Assembly (NCBI GenBank): GCA_031459625.1
Contig: JAVKIH010000009.1
Location: forward strand, 22,339-86,338
DNA length: 64,000 nucleotides
From: Candidatus Geohabitans tengchongensis
Lineage (GTDB): Bacteria; Sysuimicrobiota; Sysuimicrobiia; Sysuimicrobiales; Humicultoraceae
Direction: 5' to 3'
Below are positions 20,999-30,750 of the stretch, in pieces (position 1 is the stretch's first letter; each line of letters begins with the position of its first letter). Under the pieces are notes generated by a model that was given only the letters and a program-made list of their open reading frames with translations, had not been told where the DNA came from and searched no databases. The translations under genes were made by a program, and so were the position numbers.

Positions 20999-22297
20999 TC
21001 ACGTCGCCATCCCGTACGTCTGGCGCAAGGCCTCCCGCAGCGCCGCCAGGGTCGGCTCCACGACCGGGACCGGGGGACGGCGGCTGCGCGCGGCCTCGAC
21101 GTCCTTGAGGCCGCCTGCGGTGGCCACCACCACGACCGGCGCCCCCCGCGGCAGCCGCCGCTGGGCGGCGAGGCGACGCACCGCCGCCAGGCCCGCCGCC
21201 GCCGAGGCCTCGACGAAGATCCCCTCCGCCGTCCCCAACGCCGCCTGCGCCTCGAGCAGCTCGCCGTCGTCCAGCACGCAGGCCTCGCCGCCCTCCCGCA
21301 GGGCGCGCAGCGCCTGATAGGTGCTGATCCCGGCGGCGATGGAGAAGGCCACGGACGGCCCCGCCGGCACCTCGGGCACGTGGTCCAGCCCTTCGGCCAG
21401 CGCCCGGGCCAGCGGGCCGAAGACCTCTCCCGCCACCAGGCGGGGCTCCCCGTCGACCAGCCCCAGCCGGCGCGCCTCCCGGAAGCCCCTGGCCACGCCC
21501 CACAGCCCGTCTCCGTAACAGACCGGCAGCGCCACCAGCCCGGGCACAGTCCACGCCAGGTCGGCCAGGATCTCGAAGGCGATGGTCTTGTAGCCGTCGA
21601 TGCCGTAGGGGTTGCTGCCGACCGGCGGGTCGTGGAAGTTTCCCGCCGGGTACCACCCCAGCGCCTCCACACCCTGGCGGAGGAGCGTCCACCGGTCGCG
21701 GGCGGTGGGCGTGGCCACGAGACAGGCCCCGAGCGCCAGCATCTGCGTCACCAGAGGGGCGGAAGCGCCGGCGGCGGTCAGGACCACGCAGCGCAGCCCG
21801 GCGCGCGCCGCGTAGGCGGCCAGGGACGCCCCGGCGTTGCCCGAGGAGGCGATCGCCACCACGCCCGCCCCCACCTCACGCGCACGGGCGACGACCACGG
21901 CGGCCAGCCGGTCCTTGAAGGAGCCGGTGGGGTTGCGCGACTCGTCCTTCAGGTAGAGGTGGTCGATGCCCCAGGCGCGGCCCAGGCGTGGCAGGGGGAG
22001 CAGTGGAGTGCCGCCCTCGCCGAGCGTGACGGGGTCGCGCACAGGCAGCAGCTCCCGGTAGCGCCACATGGTGGCCGGCCGGTGGCCGAGCGCCTCCCGT
22101 GTCCACTGCACAACGTCGAGGCGGTAGACCGGCGCGACGTTGCTCGGGTGCCCGTCGGCCAGGCAGCGCGGGCACCCGGTGAAGAGGTCCACCACGCCGT
22201 AGGCCGCGCCGCACCGCACGCACGCCAGGCCGACCAGCGCACCGCCGTGCGGTGCCGGTCCGGCTTCCGTCTGCCCCGGGCGGTTCCGGTGGGTCAT
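20999..22297 (-). CDS. Threonine synthase-like PLP-dependent enzyme
   Basis: CxxC..CxxC N-terminus, TLGEGGTPL, KDESRNPTGSFKDR, ASSGNAG, GYKTIAFE. Confidence 0.88.
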   Translation of the reverse strand: MTHRNRPGQTEAGPAPHGGALVGLACVRCGAAYGVVDLFTGCPRCLADGHPSNVAPVYRLDVVQWTREALGHRPATMWRYRELLPVRDPVTLGEGGTPLLPLPRLGRAWGIDHLYLKDESRNPTGSFKDRLAAVVVARAREVGAGVVAIASSGNAGASLAAYAARAGLRCVVLTAAGASAPLVTQMLALGACLVATPTARDRWTLLRQGVEALGWYPAGNFHDPPVGSNPYGIDGYKTIAFEILADLAWTVPGLVALPVCYGDGLWGVARGFREARRLGLVDGEPRLVAGEVFGPLARALAEGLDHVPEVPAGPSVAFSIAAGISTYQALRALREGGEACVLDDGELLEAQAALGTAEGIFVEASAAAGLAAVRRLAAQRRLPRGAPVVVVATAGGLKDVEAARSRRPPVPVVEPTLAALREALRQTYGMAT

Positions 22298-23481
22298 GGC
22301 TCCACCACCCGCAGCTCCCGGTCTGCCGGACACAGCAGCGTCGGGCCCGAGGCGGTCACCACCACGGTGTCCTCCACCTGCAGCCCGCCCAGGCCCACCT
22401 CGTAGTAGGGCGTCTCGACCTCGAAGACCATGCCGACCTCGAGCGGCGTCTCCACCCCGTCGGCCAGGAGGGGCGGCTCGTAGACCTCCAGCCCGATGCC
22501 GTGCCCCACGTGGTGGCGGCGGTAGTGGGGCAGGCCCGCGCGCTGCGTCGCCGCCACCGCCGCGGTGAAGACCGCTCCGGCCGTGGCGCCGGGCCGGCAG
22601 GCGGTCACCGCCCCGTCCTGGCCGACCAGGATCGCTCGGTAGGCCGCCCGCACCGCCGCCGCCGGCTCGCCGCAGCTGGCGGTGCGCGCGATGTCGGCAC
22701 AGTAGCCGTCCACGACGGCACCGACGTCGAACCGGATCAGGTCCCCGCGCCGCAGCGGACGGTCGCCGGGCACCGCGTTGGGGTAGGCGGTGTGGGGACC
22801 GAAGGCCAGGACCGTGAAGAGCGGCCGCGCGCCCGCGGCGAGCACCGCCTGGTCGAAGACCAGCGCGGCCTCCCGCTCGGTCATCCCCTCGGTGCACGCT
22901 CCGAGCGTCGCCTCCACCGCCGCCAGGAGCGCCTCCGTGGCCCGCTCCAGCGCGGCCACCTCCCCGGCGGTCTTGACTGCCCGGATCCGCCGGAAGCTGT
23001 CGGCGGCGGGCGCCATTCGAAAGCCGCCCGGCGCGCGGGCAGCGAGGGCCTCCCAGCCGCCATGGGCCAGGCCCCCCTCGTCGACGCCGACCGCCGCGTC
23101 CAGGAGGTCCAGCTGGCGTAGTGCCGCCACCAGCGCGTCGAGGGCGGTGGCGTGCGGCGCCGTCTCGCAGGCCCAGCGGACGAGGGCGCGGTCAGCGGCG
23201 TCGGCGTGCTGTGCTCCCGCCTCGATGAAGAAGCGGCCGTAGGGGATGAGGTCGCCGCGGGGCGGGAACTGGGCGGCCATGTCCACCTCGGCCACCGGCG
23301 CCACCACCAGGGGAGCGTCCAGGCGGTCGCGCCGTGCCACCGCGTAGACCTGGGTCGTGCGCAGCAGCGGCTGGGTGAAGCTGCGGAAGCCGCTCAGGTA
23401 GCGGACGTTCTCGGCGGTGGTGGCGACAAGCCCCTCCCAGCCCTGCTCGGCCAGCACGGCGGCTGCGCGCGCCGTGTTCAT
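22294..23481 (-). CDS. M24 family (Xaa-Pro aminopeptidase-like) metallopeptidase
   Basis: FDVG...GYCADIART, GHGIG, EVETP, QVEDT metal-ligand motifs. Confidence 0.9.
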   Translation of the reverse strand: MNTARAAAVLAEQGWEGLVATTAENVRYLSGFRSFTQPLLRTTQVYAVARRDRLDAPLVVAPVAEVDMAAQFPPRGDLIPYGRFFIEAGAQHADAADRALVRWACETAPHATALDALVAALRQLDLLDAAVGVDEGGLAHGGWEALAARAPGGFRMAPAADSFRRIRAVKTAGEVAALERATEALLAAVEATLGACTEGMTEREAALVFDQAVLAAGARPLFTVLAFGPHTAYPNAVPGDRPLRRGDLIRFDVGAVVDGYCADIARTASCGEPAAAVRAAYRAILVGQDGAVTACRPGATAGAVFTAAVAATQRAGLPHYRRHHVGHGIGLEVYEPPLLADGVETPLEVGMVFEVETPYYEVGLGGLQVEDTVVVTASGPTLLCPADRELRVVEP

Positions 23482-24488
23482 CCGGCGAACTCCGGCATGA
23501 CCTCGCGGGCAAACAGGCGCATGCTCTCCAGGAACTCCTCGACCGTGTTGGCGGTGAAGAGCAGCCCGGCCAGGTGCGTGACGCCCGCCTCCTGGTAGGC
23601 GCGCACCTGGCGGCGGATCTCCGCGGGGGAGCCCAGCAGGTTGCGCTGCGCGAAGGAGTCGACGGGCTGCCCTCGCAGGGTGGAGCGCTGCAGCGAGAGG
23701 AGGTGGCGGTAGAGCTGGGAGCGCAGGAACCGCTCCGTGGCCTCCTCCCGGGTGCGGCCGATGGAGACGGCGAACTGCGGCGCCACGTCCAGGTGGGTGA
23801 GGTCGCGCCCCGCCGCGCGGGCGTGCGCCCGGATCTGCTCCAGGCCATGGCGGACCTCCTCGGGGGTGAGGACGGCGGGGAGCCACCCGTCGGCCAGCTC
23901 CGCCACCCGCCGCCACCCTTCCGGGGCGTTGCCGCCGATGTAGATGGGCAGGTGCGCCTGGTGCGGCTTGGGGTACAGCTCGACGTCGACGAAGTGGTAG
24001 TAGCGTCCGTGGAAGGTGGCGCGGCGCTCGCCGAAGAGCACGCGCAGCGCCCGGATCCCCTCGGTGAGCATCTCGCCGCGCCGGGCCCGGCGCAGCTCCG
24101 GGTGGACGGCCTCGAACTCCTCCCGGTAGGCGCCCACCCCCACCCCCAGCAGCACCCGGCCCCCGCTGAACTGGTCGAGGGTGGCCACCTGCTTGGCCAG
24201 GAGCACCGGGGCGCGCATGGGCAGGACGATGACCCCGGTCATCAGCCGGATCGTCGAGGTCACCGGGGCCAGCGCCGCGTAGGTGACGAGCGGCTCGTAG
24301 AAGTTGGGCGGGTCGGGGAACTCGGCGCGCACGTAGCGCTGCGTGGTCAGGTGGTCGTTGCCCATGACGGCGAAGTAGCCGAGCGCCTCCGCCTCCTGGG
24401 CGATGCGCACGACGTCGCGGGGGGAGGCGAAGGGGACGGGGTACATCATCCCCTCGGTGCAGGTAGGCAGCCCGACGCCGAACCTCAT
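23478..24488 (-). CDS. LLM class flavin (possibly F420)-dependent oxidoreductase
   Basis: MGNDH, LAKQVATLDQFSGGRVLLGVGVG, PIYIGG, ADGW. Confidence 0.9.
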   Translation of the reverse strand: MRFGVGLPTCTEGMMYPVPFASPRDVVRIAQEAEALGYFAVMGNDHLTTQRYVRAEFPDPPNFYEPLVTYAALAPVTSTIRLMTGVIVLPMRAPVLLAKQVATLDQFSGGRVLLGVGVGAYREEFEAVHPELRRARRGEMLTEGIRALRVLFGERRATFHGRYYHFVDVELYPKPHQAHLPIYIGGNAPEGWRRVAELADGWLPAVLTPEEVRHGLEQIRAHARAAGRDLTHLDVAPQFAVSIGRTREEATERFLRSQLYRHLLSLQRSTLRGQPVDSFAQRNLLGSPAEIRRQVRAYQEAGVTHLAGLLFTANTVEEFLESMRLFAREVMPEFAG

Positions 24489-25570
24489 GGCAGTCCCGGC
24501 GCGGCGGCCTCCCGCGCCCCGGTTCCCGGCAGCGTCACGCTGCGCAGCGCCGGCAAGACCTCAGCCGCCAGGTGCTCGAGCAGGTCCTCCAGGGCGGTCC
24601 CGGGCGCCGGCACCGGACGGACGATGAGCTGGGTCGCGCCGGTTTCGACCAGCGCGCGCAGGCGGGCGGTCACCTCGGCCGCCGTCCCGGCTACCGCCAG
24701 GTGGTCGAGGTAGGGCTCGGGCAGGAGCCGTCCCGCCTCCGGGATGCGCTCGTAGCGCCGCTCCGCCAGCACGTCCAGCACCGCCTGGGGCAGCGGCGGC
24801 AGGTCGAGCGGCTCCAGGTAGTCGAGGTTGGGGTAGCTGATCCACATCGGCAGGGCCACCGCCGAGCGGACCGCCTCGCGGGCGGTGTGGGGATCGTCGG
24901 CCACGCAGACGTCCACGCGGGCGGCGAGGTCGAGCGCCTCCAGCCGGCGGCCGGCGGCGCGCGCGCCCTCGGCCACGCGCTCCAGCGCAAAGCGCAGCCC
25001 CGGCGGGGAGGCGTAGGGGGCGATGATGACGCCGTCGGCGACCGTGCCCGCCGCCCGCAACATCCGGCGGGCGCGGGCGGCCACGTAGATCGGCAGGTCC
25101 GCCCGGGCGGGGAAGAAGAGGCGGGCGCCGCGCACCCGCACCACCCGCCCGTCGACGGTGACGGTCTCACCGCGCAGGAGGGCACGGATGGTCCGCACCG
25201 CCTCCGTGACGGCCACCGGGGGTGCACGCCGCACCACCCCCATCGCCGGGAAACCGCTGCCGCCCGCCCCCAGCCCCAGGACGGCCCGCCCGCCGCTCAC
25301 CTCGTCGAGGGAGGCGATGGCCATGGCCAGGAGCGCCGGGTGGCGGGCGTAGGGCTCGGTCACGCCGGTCCCCAGGCGGAGGCGCGTGGAGGCGTGCGCG
25401 GCCACCGTCAGTCCGACGAAGGGGTCGCGGTAGAACTTCTCGTCGGCGTACCAGAAGACGTCGAAGCCCAGGGCCTCACAGCGCCGGACGATCTGGCGCA
25501 GCCGCTCCGGGGGGTGCTCGCCGAGGATGAGCACCCCCAGGCGGGGCATGGGAGCAGGGCCCGTCCTCAT
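24485..25570 (-). CDS. LLM class flavin (possibly F420)-dependent oxidoreductase, Mer-like
   Basis: WYADE..RDPFV, GTGVT.PY.RHP, SGGRAVLGLGAG, PIYVAA. Confidence 0.88.
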   Translation of the reverse strand: MRTGPAPMPRLGVLILGEHPPERLRQIVRRCEALGFDVFWYADEKFYRDPFVGLTVAAHASTRLRLGTGVTEPYARHPALLAMAIASLDEVSGGRAVLGLGAGGSGFPAMGVVRRAPPVAVTEAVRTIRALLRGETVTVDGRVVRVRGARLFFPARADLPIYVAARARRMLRAAGTVADGVIIAPYASPPGLRFALERVAEGARAAGRRLEALDLAARVDVCVADDPHTAREAVRSAVALPMWISYPNLDYLEPLDLPPLPQAVLDVLAERRYERIPEAGRLLPEPYLDHLAVAGTAAEVTARLRALVETGATQLIVRPVPAPGTALEDLLEHLAAEVLPALRSVTLPGTGAREAAAPGLP

Positions 25571-25612
25571 CGCTAGCGCCTGCGCCTCGGAGTCGAATTG
25601 TCCACGCGGAAG

Positions 25613-25629
25613 ATGTAAGACATTTTACA
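25613..25629. promoter_or_regulatory. Palindromic candidate operator upstream of the minus-strand LLM operon
   Basis: TGTAA-GACATT-TTACA (25614-25629) overlapping ATGT-AAG-ACAT (25613-25623) in an AT-rich patch ~45 bp upstream of the first gene. Confidence 0.55.
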
Positions 25630-25770
25630 ACCGTTTAATCCAGCACTTCGCGCGGGCTGCCTGTCACTCCTTTCCGCGCAGATGGCGGGGGCTCCCGCGG
25701 TTTTGAGGGTCCTCCCGAGCCGTTCTTCCGACTCTCAGCAGGAGTCAGCCCACACTGAAGGAGTCGCGCA

Positions 25771-25814
25771 GGGCATGTAGAAAGTATCAAGTACGCATGA
25801 TTCATGTTATTCAA
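25771..25814 (+). promoter_or_regulatory. AT-rich regulatory element, copy 1 (upstream of DapA-family operon)
   Basis: gggcatgtagaaagtatcaagtacgcatgattcatgttattcaa, nearly identical to 33638-33682. Confidence 0.75.
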
Positions 25815-25864
25815 CTTTGCATCCGTGGACGGTTGTGAGGCCAGTCCAGCCTGGTGCTGACGGC

Positions 25865-26800
25865 ATGGCCTCCGGGCAGGACGCGGTCCGGAAGGTCAGG
25901 GATCGCCTGCGGGGCATCCACGCCATCCTGCCGACTCCCTTCCTCGATGATTGGAGCCTGGACCTCGCCGGGTTATCCCGGAACATCGAGGCCGTCCTGG
26001 CCCAAGGGGTCCAGGGCGTGCTGGTGGGCGGGGGGTACGGGGAGTTCCCCTCCCTCTCCACCGAGGAGCGCCGTCACCTCATCCGGGAAGCGGTCCGGGC
26101 GGTGGCCGGGCGGGTGCCCGTCATCGCCTGCACCGCCCACAGCTCCACGCTCGAGGCCCTTGAGCTCACCCACGCCGCCGAGGAGGCCGGGGCCGATGCG
26201 GCCATGCTGACCCCGCCGTACGTTACGGAGGTCAGGGAGGCCGACGTGGAGCGCCACTTCGCCTTCATCGCCTCCCGCGCCGCCATCCCCCTCGTCCTTT
26301 ACAACACGCCGAGCACGGGCGTGGTCCTCTCGCCGGCCCTCATCGCGCGGCTGGCCGAGATCCCGACGGTCGTGGGGGTCAAGCAGGGGGTCCTCGACGC
26401 CGCCGAGATGGCGGCCGTCGTCGAGGCGGTGGGGGAGCGGCTCACGGTCCTGTGCGGGTCGGACACTGTCATGGTGGCGGGGCTGGCCGTGGGCATGGGG
26501 GGCGTGACGTCGACCAACGCCAGCGCCTTTCCCGACCTCATCGTGGCGGTCTACCAGGCAGCGCGGCGGGGGGATTGGGGAGAAGCCCGCCGTCTCCACG
26601 ACCGGTGGGCACCGTTCCGGGCCTTCGCGCGCCGGGTGGGTCAGCCGGCGGCAGTGAAGGCCGCCATGGACCTGGCGGGGCTTGCGGGGGGCGCGTGCCG
26701 CCCGCCGCTGCGGGCGCTGGGAGCGGCCGAGCGCGAGGAGCTGCGGGCGGTGCTGGAGGGCATCGGCGTGGTCGGCGTCGGACCTGGGGAAGGAGCGTGA
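25865..26800 (+). CDS. Dihydrodipicolinate synthase (DapA) family class I aldolase/lyase, non-canonical
   Basis: PTPF, GGGYGEFPSLS.EER (canonical GTTGE), LYN, Schiff-base GVKQ. Confidence 0.9.
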   Translation: MASGQDAVRKVRDRLRGIHAILPTPFLDDWSLDLAGLSRNIEAVLAQGVQGVLVGGGYGEFPSLSTEERRHLIREAVRAVAGRVPVIACTAHSSTLEALELTHAAEEAGADAAMLTPPYVTEVREADVERHFAFIASRAAIPLVLYNTPSTGVVLSPALIARLAEIPTVVGVKQGVLDAAEMAAVVEAVGERLTVLCGSDTVMVAGLAVGMGGVTSTNASAFPDLIVAVYQAARRGDWGEARRLHDRWAPFRAFARRVGQPAAVKAAMDLAGLAGGACRPPLRALGAAEREELRAVLEGIGVVGVGPGEGA

Positions 26801-26834
26801 GGGTATGGATCCGCTGCGCAAGATGAGTGAGGGT

Positions 26835-27908
26835 ATGAATCGACCGGTGGCAGTGCTCGCAGTAGCGGCCTTCATCGCCTTGGGGACACTCCAGGCAGGG
26901 GCTGGAGCAGTCCGGAAGTACGAGGGCCGCACCATGACGGTCTATGCGGGTATTTCCCCCAGGGTTCGGGAGGACATCACTGAGTACATCGCGCCTCGAT
27001 TGAAAGAGAAGTTCGGTATTGAGCTGGCGGTCGAGCCTTTGGGGTCTACTGTGATGCTTGAGAAGATCCTCGCCCAGCGTGCGCGCCCCAGGGTTAGCGT
27101 GGCGGGCTGGGATCAGCCGGTGGGGCTGCAGGCGTGTGTGATGGGACTCTGCGCGCCCATCGACCTGGCGAAGGCTCCTAACCTCAGGGCCGCGTACGAC
27201 TGGGCGGTGATCAAAGTCGGGGGGGACGTTAAAGTGGTCGCGACGAGCCTCATCGGCGTGGGGCTCATCTACAACCGGGATGAGTTCGCCCGGCGCGGCC
27301 TGCGGCCGCCCACGTCCTGGAACGACCTCTGGCGTGACGATTTGCGCGGGCGCATCAGCATCACGGCTCCCGAGAGCACGTGGGGCCTAGCGGCACTCGT
27401 CATGTTGGCCAAGCTCGAGGGAGGGAGTGAGGCGAACATTGAGCCGGGCTTTGCCAGGATCAAGAGCCTCTTGCCACGCCTGCACACCATTCATACCTGG
27501 TCGTCTGAACTGGCCAAGCTCATACAGCTCGGAGAGGTCTGGCTGGGGACCACGGGTTCAAACATGGGCCCGGCCTTGAAGGGCCAGGGGTTCCCCGTGG
27601 AGTGGGTGGCGCCGCAGGAGGGTTCCCCGGTGGTCGGCGGAGGCATGTCTATTGTCGCCAACGCCCCCTACCCAGATGTGGCTCACGAGTACGTCAACCT
27701 CTACTTCAGCCCCGAGTTCCAGGTTCTGCGGGCGCGTAACGGGGGGCAGACGCCGACGACGCGCACAGGATACGCCAGGCTCTCCGCCCAGGAGAAAATT
27801 GACCTCCCTTTGCGGCCGCTGGGGAAGCTTGTCCACCTCGACTGGGCTACCATCATGCAGGCGCGGGAAGGGTGGATCGAGCGCTGGCAGCGGGAGGTCC
27901 GCAGGTAG
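26835..27908 (+). CDS. ABC substrate-binding protein (PotD/spermidine-putrescine-like); ATG 26805 alternative
   Basis: Signal peptide, GLIYN, PTSWNDLW, PQEG; followed by cognate ATPase and two permeases. Confidence 0.87.
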   Translation: MNRPVAVLAVAAFIALGTLQAGAGAVRKYEGRTMTVYAGISPRVREDITEYIAPRLKEKFGIELAVEPLGSTVMLEKILAQRARPRVSVAGWDQPVGLQACVMGLCAPIDLAKAPNLRAAYDWAVIKVGGDVKVVATSLIGVGLIYNRDEFARRGLRPPTSWNDLWRDDLRGRISITAPESTWGLAALVMLAKLEGGSEANIEPGFARIKSLLPRLHTIHTWSSELAKLIQLGEVWLGTTGSNMGPALKGQGFPVEWVAPQEGSPVVGGGMSIVANAPYPDVAHEYVNLYFSPEFQVLRARNGGQTPTTRTGYARLSAQEKIDLPLRPLGKLVHLDWATIMQAREGWIERWQREVRR

Positions 27909-27914
27909 GAGGTC

Positions 27915-27950
27915 ACCGAGGGGCTCCGCCCACGCGCGGAGCCCCTCGGT
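27915..27950 (+). other. Perfect 15-bp stem-loop between SBP and ATPase genes
   Basis: accgaggggctccgc-ccacgc-gcggagcccctcggt; no poly-U tail. Confidence 0.7.
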
Positions 27951-27956
27951 TCCGGC

Positions 27957-29036
27957 ATGGACGCGATCGTCGAGCTCACGGGCATCCACAAGGCGTTCGG
28001 GCGCCAGGCGGTCCTGACCGACCTCAACCTGTCGATCAGACCCCGGGAGTTCGTCACACTCCTGGGGCCTTCGGGGTGCGGCAAGAGCACGACGCTCAAC
28101 CTGATCGCCGGGTTTCTCCGCCCGGACCGGGGGATCGTCGCCATCCGGGGACGTCCGGCCAACGACGTGGAGCCGCGCCGACGCGGCCTCGGCATGGTCT
28201 TCCAGACCTGGGCCCTCTTCCCCCACATGTCAGTCTTCGAGAACGTGGCCTTCGGCCTGCGGATTCAGGGCCGCCCCCTGCACGAGATCCGGAGGAAGGT
28301 CGGCGAGATGCTGGCGTTGGTCCGCCTTCCCGGGATCGAGGAGAAGTACCCTTCACAGCTCTCCGGAGGGATGCAGCAGCGTGTGGCGCTGGCCCGGGCG
28401 CTGGCCGTCGACCCGGACATCCTCCTGCTCGACGAACCCTTGAGCAACCTGGACGCGCGGCTCCGGAAAGACATGCAAGTCGAGCTCAAGCGACTCCATG
28501 AGCAGCTCGGCATCACCACGATCTTCGTCACGCACAACCAAGAGGAGGCGCTGGTAATGTCCGACCGGATCGCGGTGATGCACCAGGGCCGCATCGTCCG
28601 CATGGGCCCTCCGCACGAGCTGTACCGCGATCCTCGATCGCGTTTCGTCTGCACGTTCCTGGGGGACGCCAACGTCTTCGAGGGGGAAGTGGACCGCATC
28701 GATGGGCGGATCGCGGTCGTCACGGCAAGCGGGCTGCGGTGGCGAGTCCAACTGAGCCCGGACGGCCGCGGACCCCGCGGGAGACGCCTGACGCTGGCCC
28801 TTCGACCCGAGCTCCTCAAGCTACAGCTCCAGCCCACCGGTGCCGATAACTCCTTTTCCGGAAGGGTCAAGGATGTGGTCTACAAGGGGAGCAACGTGTC
28901 CTACTACGTGGACCTAGGTCCGGTCGAGGTCCTAATCGTCGAGCCCGCCAGTGAGATGGGGATAGCGGTGCGCGAAGGAGACAAGGTCTTTGCGGAGTGC
29001 GGAGCCGGCGCCTTTAGCGTCCTGGACGAAGAGTGA
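27957..29036 (+). CDS. ABC ATP-binding protein (PotA-like)
   Basis: GPSGCGKST, LFPHMSVFENVAFGL, LSGGMQQR, LLLDEPLSNLD, C-terminal TOBE-like region. Confidence 0.93.
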   Translation: MDAIVELTGIHKAFGRQAVLTDLNLSIRPREFVTLLGPSGCGKSTTLNLIAGFLRPDRGIVAIRGRPANDVEPRRRGLGMVFQTWALFPHMSVFENVAFGLRIQGRPLHEIRRKVGEMLALVRLPGIEEKYPSQLSGGMQQRVALARALAVDPDILLLDEPLSNLDARLRKDMQVELKRLHEQLGITTIFVTHNQEEALVMSDRIAVMHQGRIVRMGPPHELYRDPRSRFVCTFLGDANVFEGEVDRIDGRIAVVTASGLRWRVQLSPDGRGPRGRRLTLALRPELLKLQLQPTGADNSFSGRVKDVVYKGSNVSYYVDLGPVEVLIVEPASEMGIAVREGDKVFAECGAGAFSVLDEE

Positions 29037-29076
29037 GGCCGTCTCACGCTGGAGGGGGCAGAGGGTCCTGCGCCCG

Positions 29077-29928
29077 TTGCGCGGACTCATCCCGCTCTTG
29101 CCCGGTCTGGCGATCCTCGGCGTCTTCTTCCTCGTGCCCATGCTCGAACTTGTGCGCATGAGTGTCCTGAGACACGACCCCGTGCAGATCTTCACCGCGC
29201 AGCTGACCCTCGCGAACTACAGGCGCATCTTCTCCGATTCGTTTTACATCACGATGGTCGTGACGTCCCTTCAGGTCGGTCTCGCCACCACCCTAGCTGC
29301 CCTCCTGGTGGGGTACCCGCTGGCGTACTATCTCACAACCATCCGCGGGTGGGAGCGGACCCTGATCTCGGCGGCGTGCCTCTTGCCCATCTTTGTCACC
29401 GTGGTCGTCGGCACGCTCGGCTGGTTCATCATGTTTTTGCCGTTCGGCGTCACGCAGAGGATGTTGCACGCCCTCGGCTTGGTGGACGGGCCTCTCCGGC
29501 TGCTGAACACCCTCGAGGGGCTGGTCGCGGCCATGGTTTTCCTGGAGGCACCGTACGCCATCCTGATCCTGGCCAGCAGCATCCAGAACGTGGGGCAGGA
29601 CAAGGTCAACGCCGCCCGCGTGCTCGGCGCTTCGACCGCCCAGATCTTCCGGAAGATCATGATCCCCCTGACGATGCCGGCCATCGTCAGCAGCGCGGTC
29701 CTGGTGTTCTCCCTGAGCATTTCGTCCTACCTGGTACCGGCCCTGATCACCGGGGGCACGCTCAGACTGCTGCCGCTGGCGATCTTCACCTACACGACCG
29801 ACGTCATCAACTGGCCGTTCGCGTCAGCGCTGGCTGTGGTCCTGCTCGTGCTGGTGCTGGGCGTGACCTACACGGTCACAGCGGTCACGAACCGCCTCAC
29901 CGCGCGGGGGAAGTGGCAGGTGGTCTGA
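29077..29928 (+). CDS. ABC permease (PotB-like); start uncertain
   Basis: LLVGYPLAY, NAARVLGAS, PLTMPAI, NWPFASA. Confidence 0.88.
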   Translation: MRGLIPLLPGLAILGVFFLVPMLELVRMSVLRHDPVQIFTAQLTLANYRRIFSDSFYITMVVTSLQVGLATTLAALLVGYPLAYYLTTIRGWERTLISAACLLPIFVTVVVGTLGWFIMFLPFGVTQRMLHALGLVDGPLRLLNTLEGLVAAMVFLEAPYAILILASSIQNVGQDKVNAARVLGASTAQIFRKIMIPLTMPAIVSSAVLVFSLSISSYLVPALITGGTLRLLPLAIFTYTTDVINWPFASALAVVLLVLVLGVTYTVTAVTNRLTARGKWQVV

Positions 29929-30722
29929 TGGGACGGACGCTGCTGCGTCTGTATGCCTACCTGATGACCGCGGTCTTCTTCCTGCCCATCGCCGTGACCG
30001 TGCCCGTCGCCGTCACGACCACTGGCTACGTCACCTTTCCCCCCGTCGGGTTCACCCTCAAGTGGTTCCACGCAGCCTTCGCCGACAAGATCCTCATGGA
30101 CGCGCTCGGCCGCAGCGTCATGCTGGCGCTCACTTCGTCCGCCGTCTCCGTCGCGGTAGCCTTCCTGGCGGCGTTCGCGGTGGAGCGGAACGGCTTTCGT
30201 GGCAAGGACGTCATCGAGACCTTCTTCATGGGGCCGAAGATGGTCCCGCAGATCATCCTCGTCTTGGGGTTGCTGGTCTTTTACGAATCCGTCGGTCTCG
30301 CCGAGACGGCCGTCGGGCTGCTCATGGCCCACGTCATGATCAGCCTGCCGTTTGCGTTCCGCGCTCTCCTCGCCACCATCGGGGCGATCGACCGTCGGCT
30401 CGAGTGGAGCGCTGAGATCCTGGGGGCCAGCCGCGTGCAGGTCCTGACGCGCATCATCCTGCCGCAGATGAAGACCGGTGCCTACGCGGCCTTCATCTTC
30501 GCCTTCATGGCGTCCTTCACGAACGTCACAATGGCCCTCTTCCTGGCCGCCGTCGGTAGAAAGACCCTTCCCGTGGAGATGTTCCATCGGATGCACGTCG
30601 GAGGCATGAGCCCCACGCTCCCGGCGCTGGCGTTCGTTCTGGCGCTCGTCGGCATCGGCGCGTTTATCGTCGCCGACCGCACTGTCGGTATCTACAAGTA
30701 CCTGGGAGGCACAGGCCACTAG
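29928..30722 (+). CDS. ABC permease (PotC-like)
   Basis: FPPVGFTLKWF, AHVMISLPF, LEWSAEILGAS, TLPV. Confidence 0.88.
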   Translation: MGRTLLRLYAYLMTAVFFLPIAVTVPVAVTTTGYVTFPPVGFTLKWFHAAFADKILMDALGRSVMLALTSSAVSVAVAFLAAFAVERNGFRGKDVIETFFMGPKMVPQIILVLGLLVFYESVGLAETAVGLLMAHVMISLPFAFRALLATIGAIDRRLEWSAEILGASRVQVLTRIILPQMKTGAYAAFIFAFMASFTNVTMALFLAAVGRKTLPVEMFHRMHVGGMSPTLPALAFVLALVGIGAFIVADRTVGIYKYLGGTGH

Positions 30723-30750
30723 GGGCCGCACAGCTCTGGAAGGACTCGGG

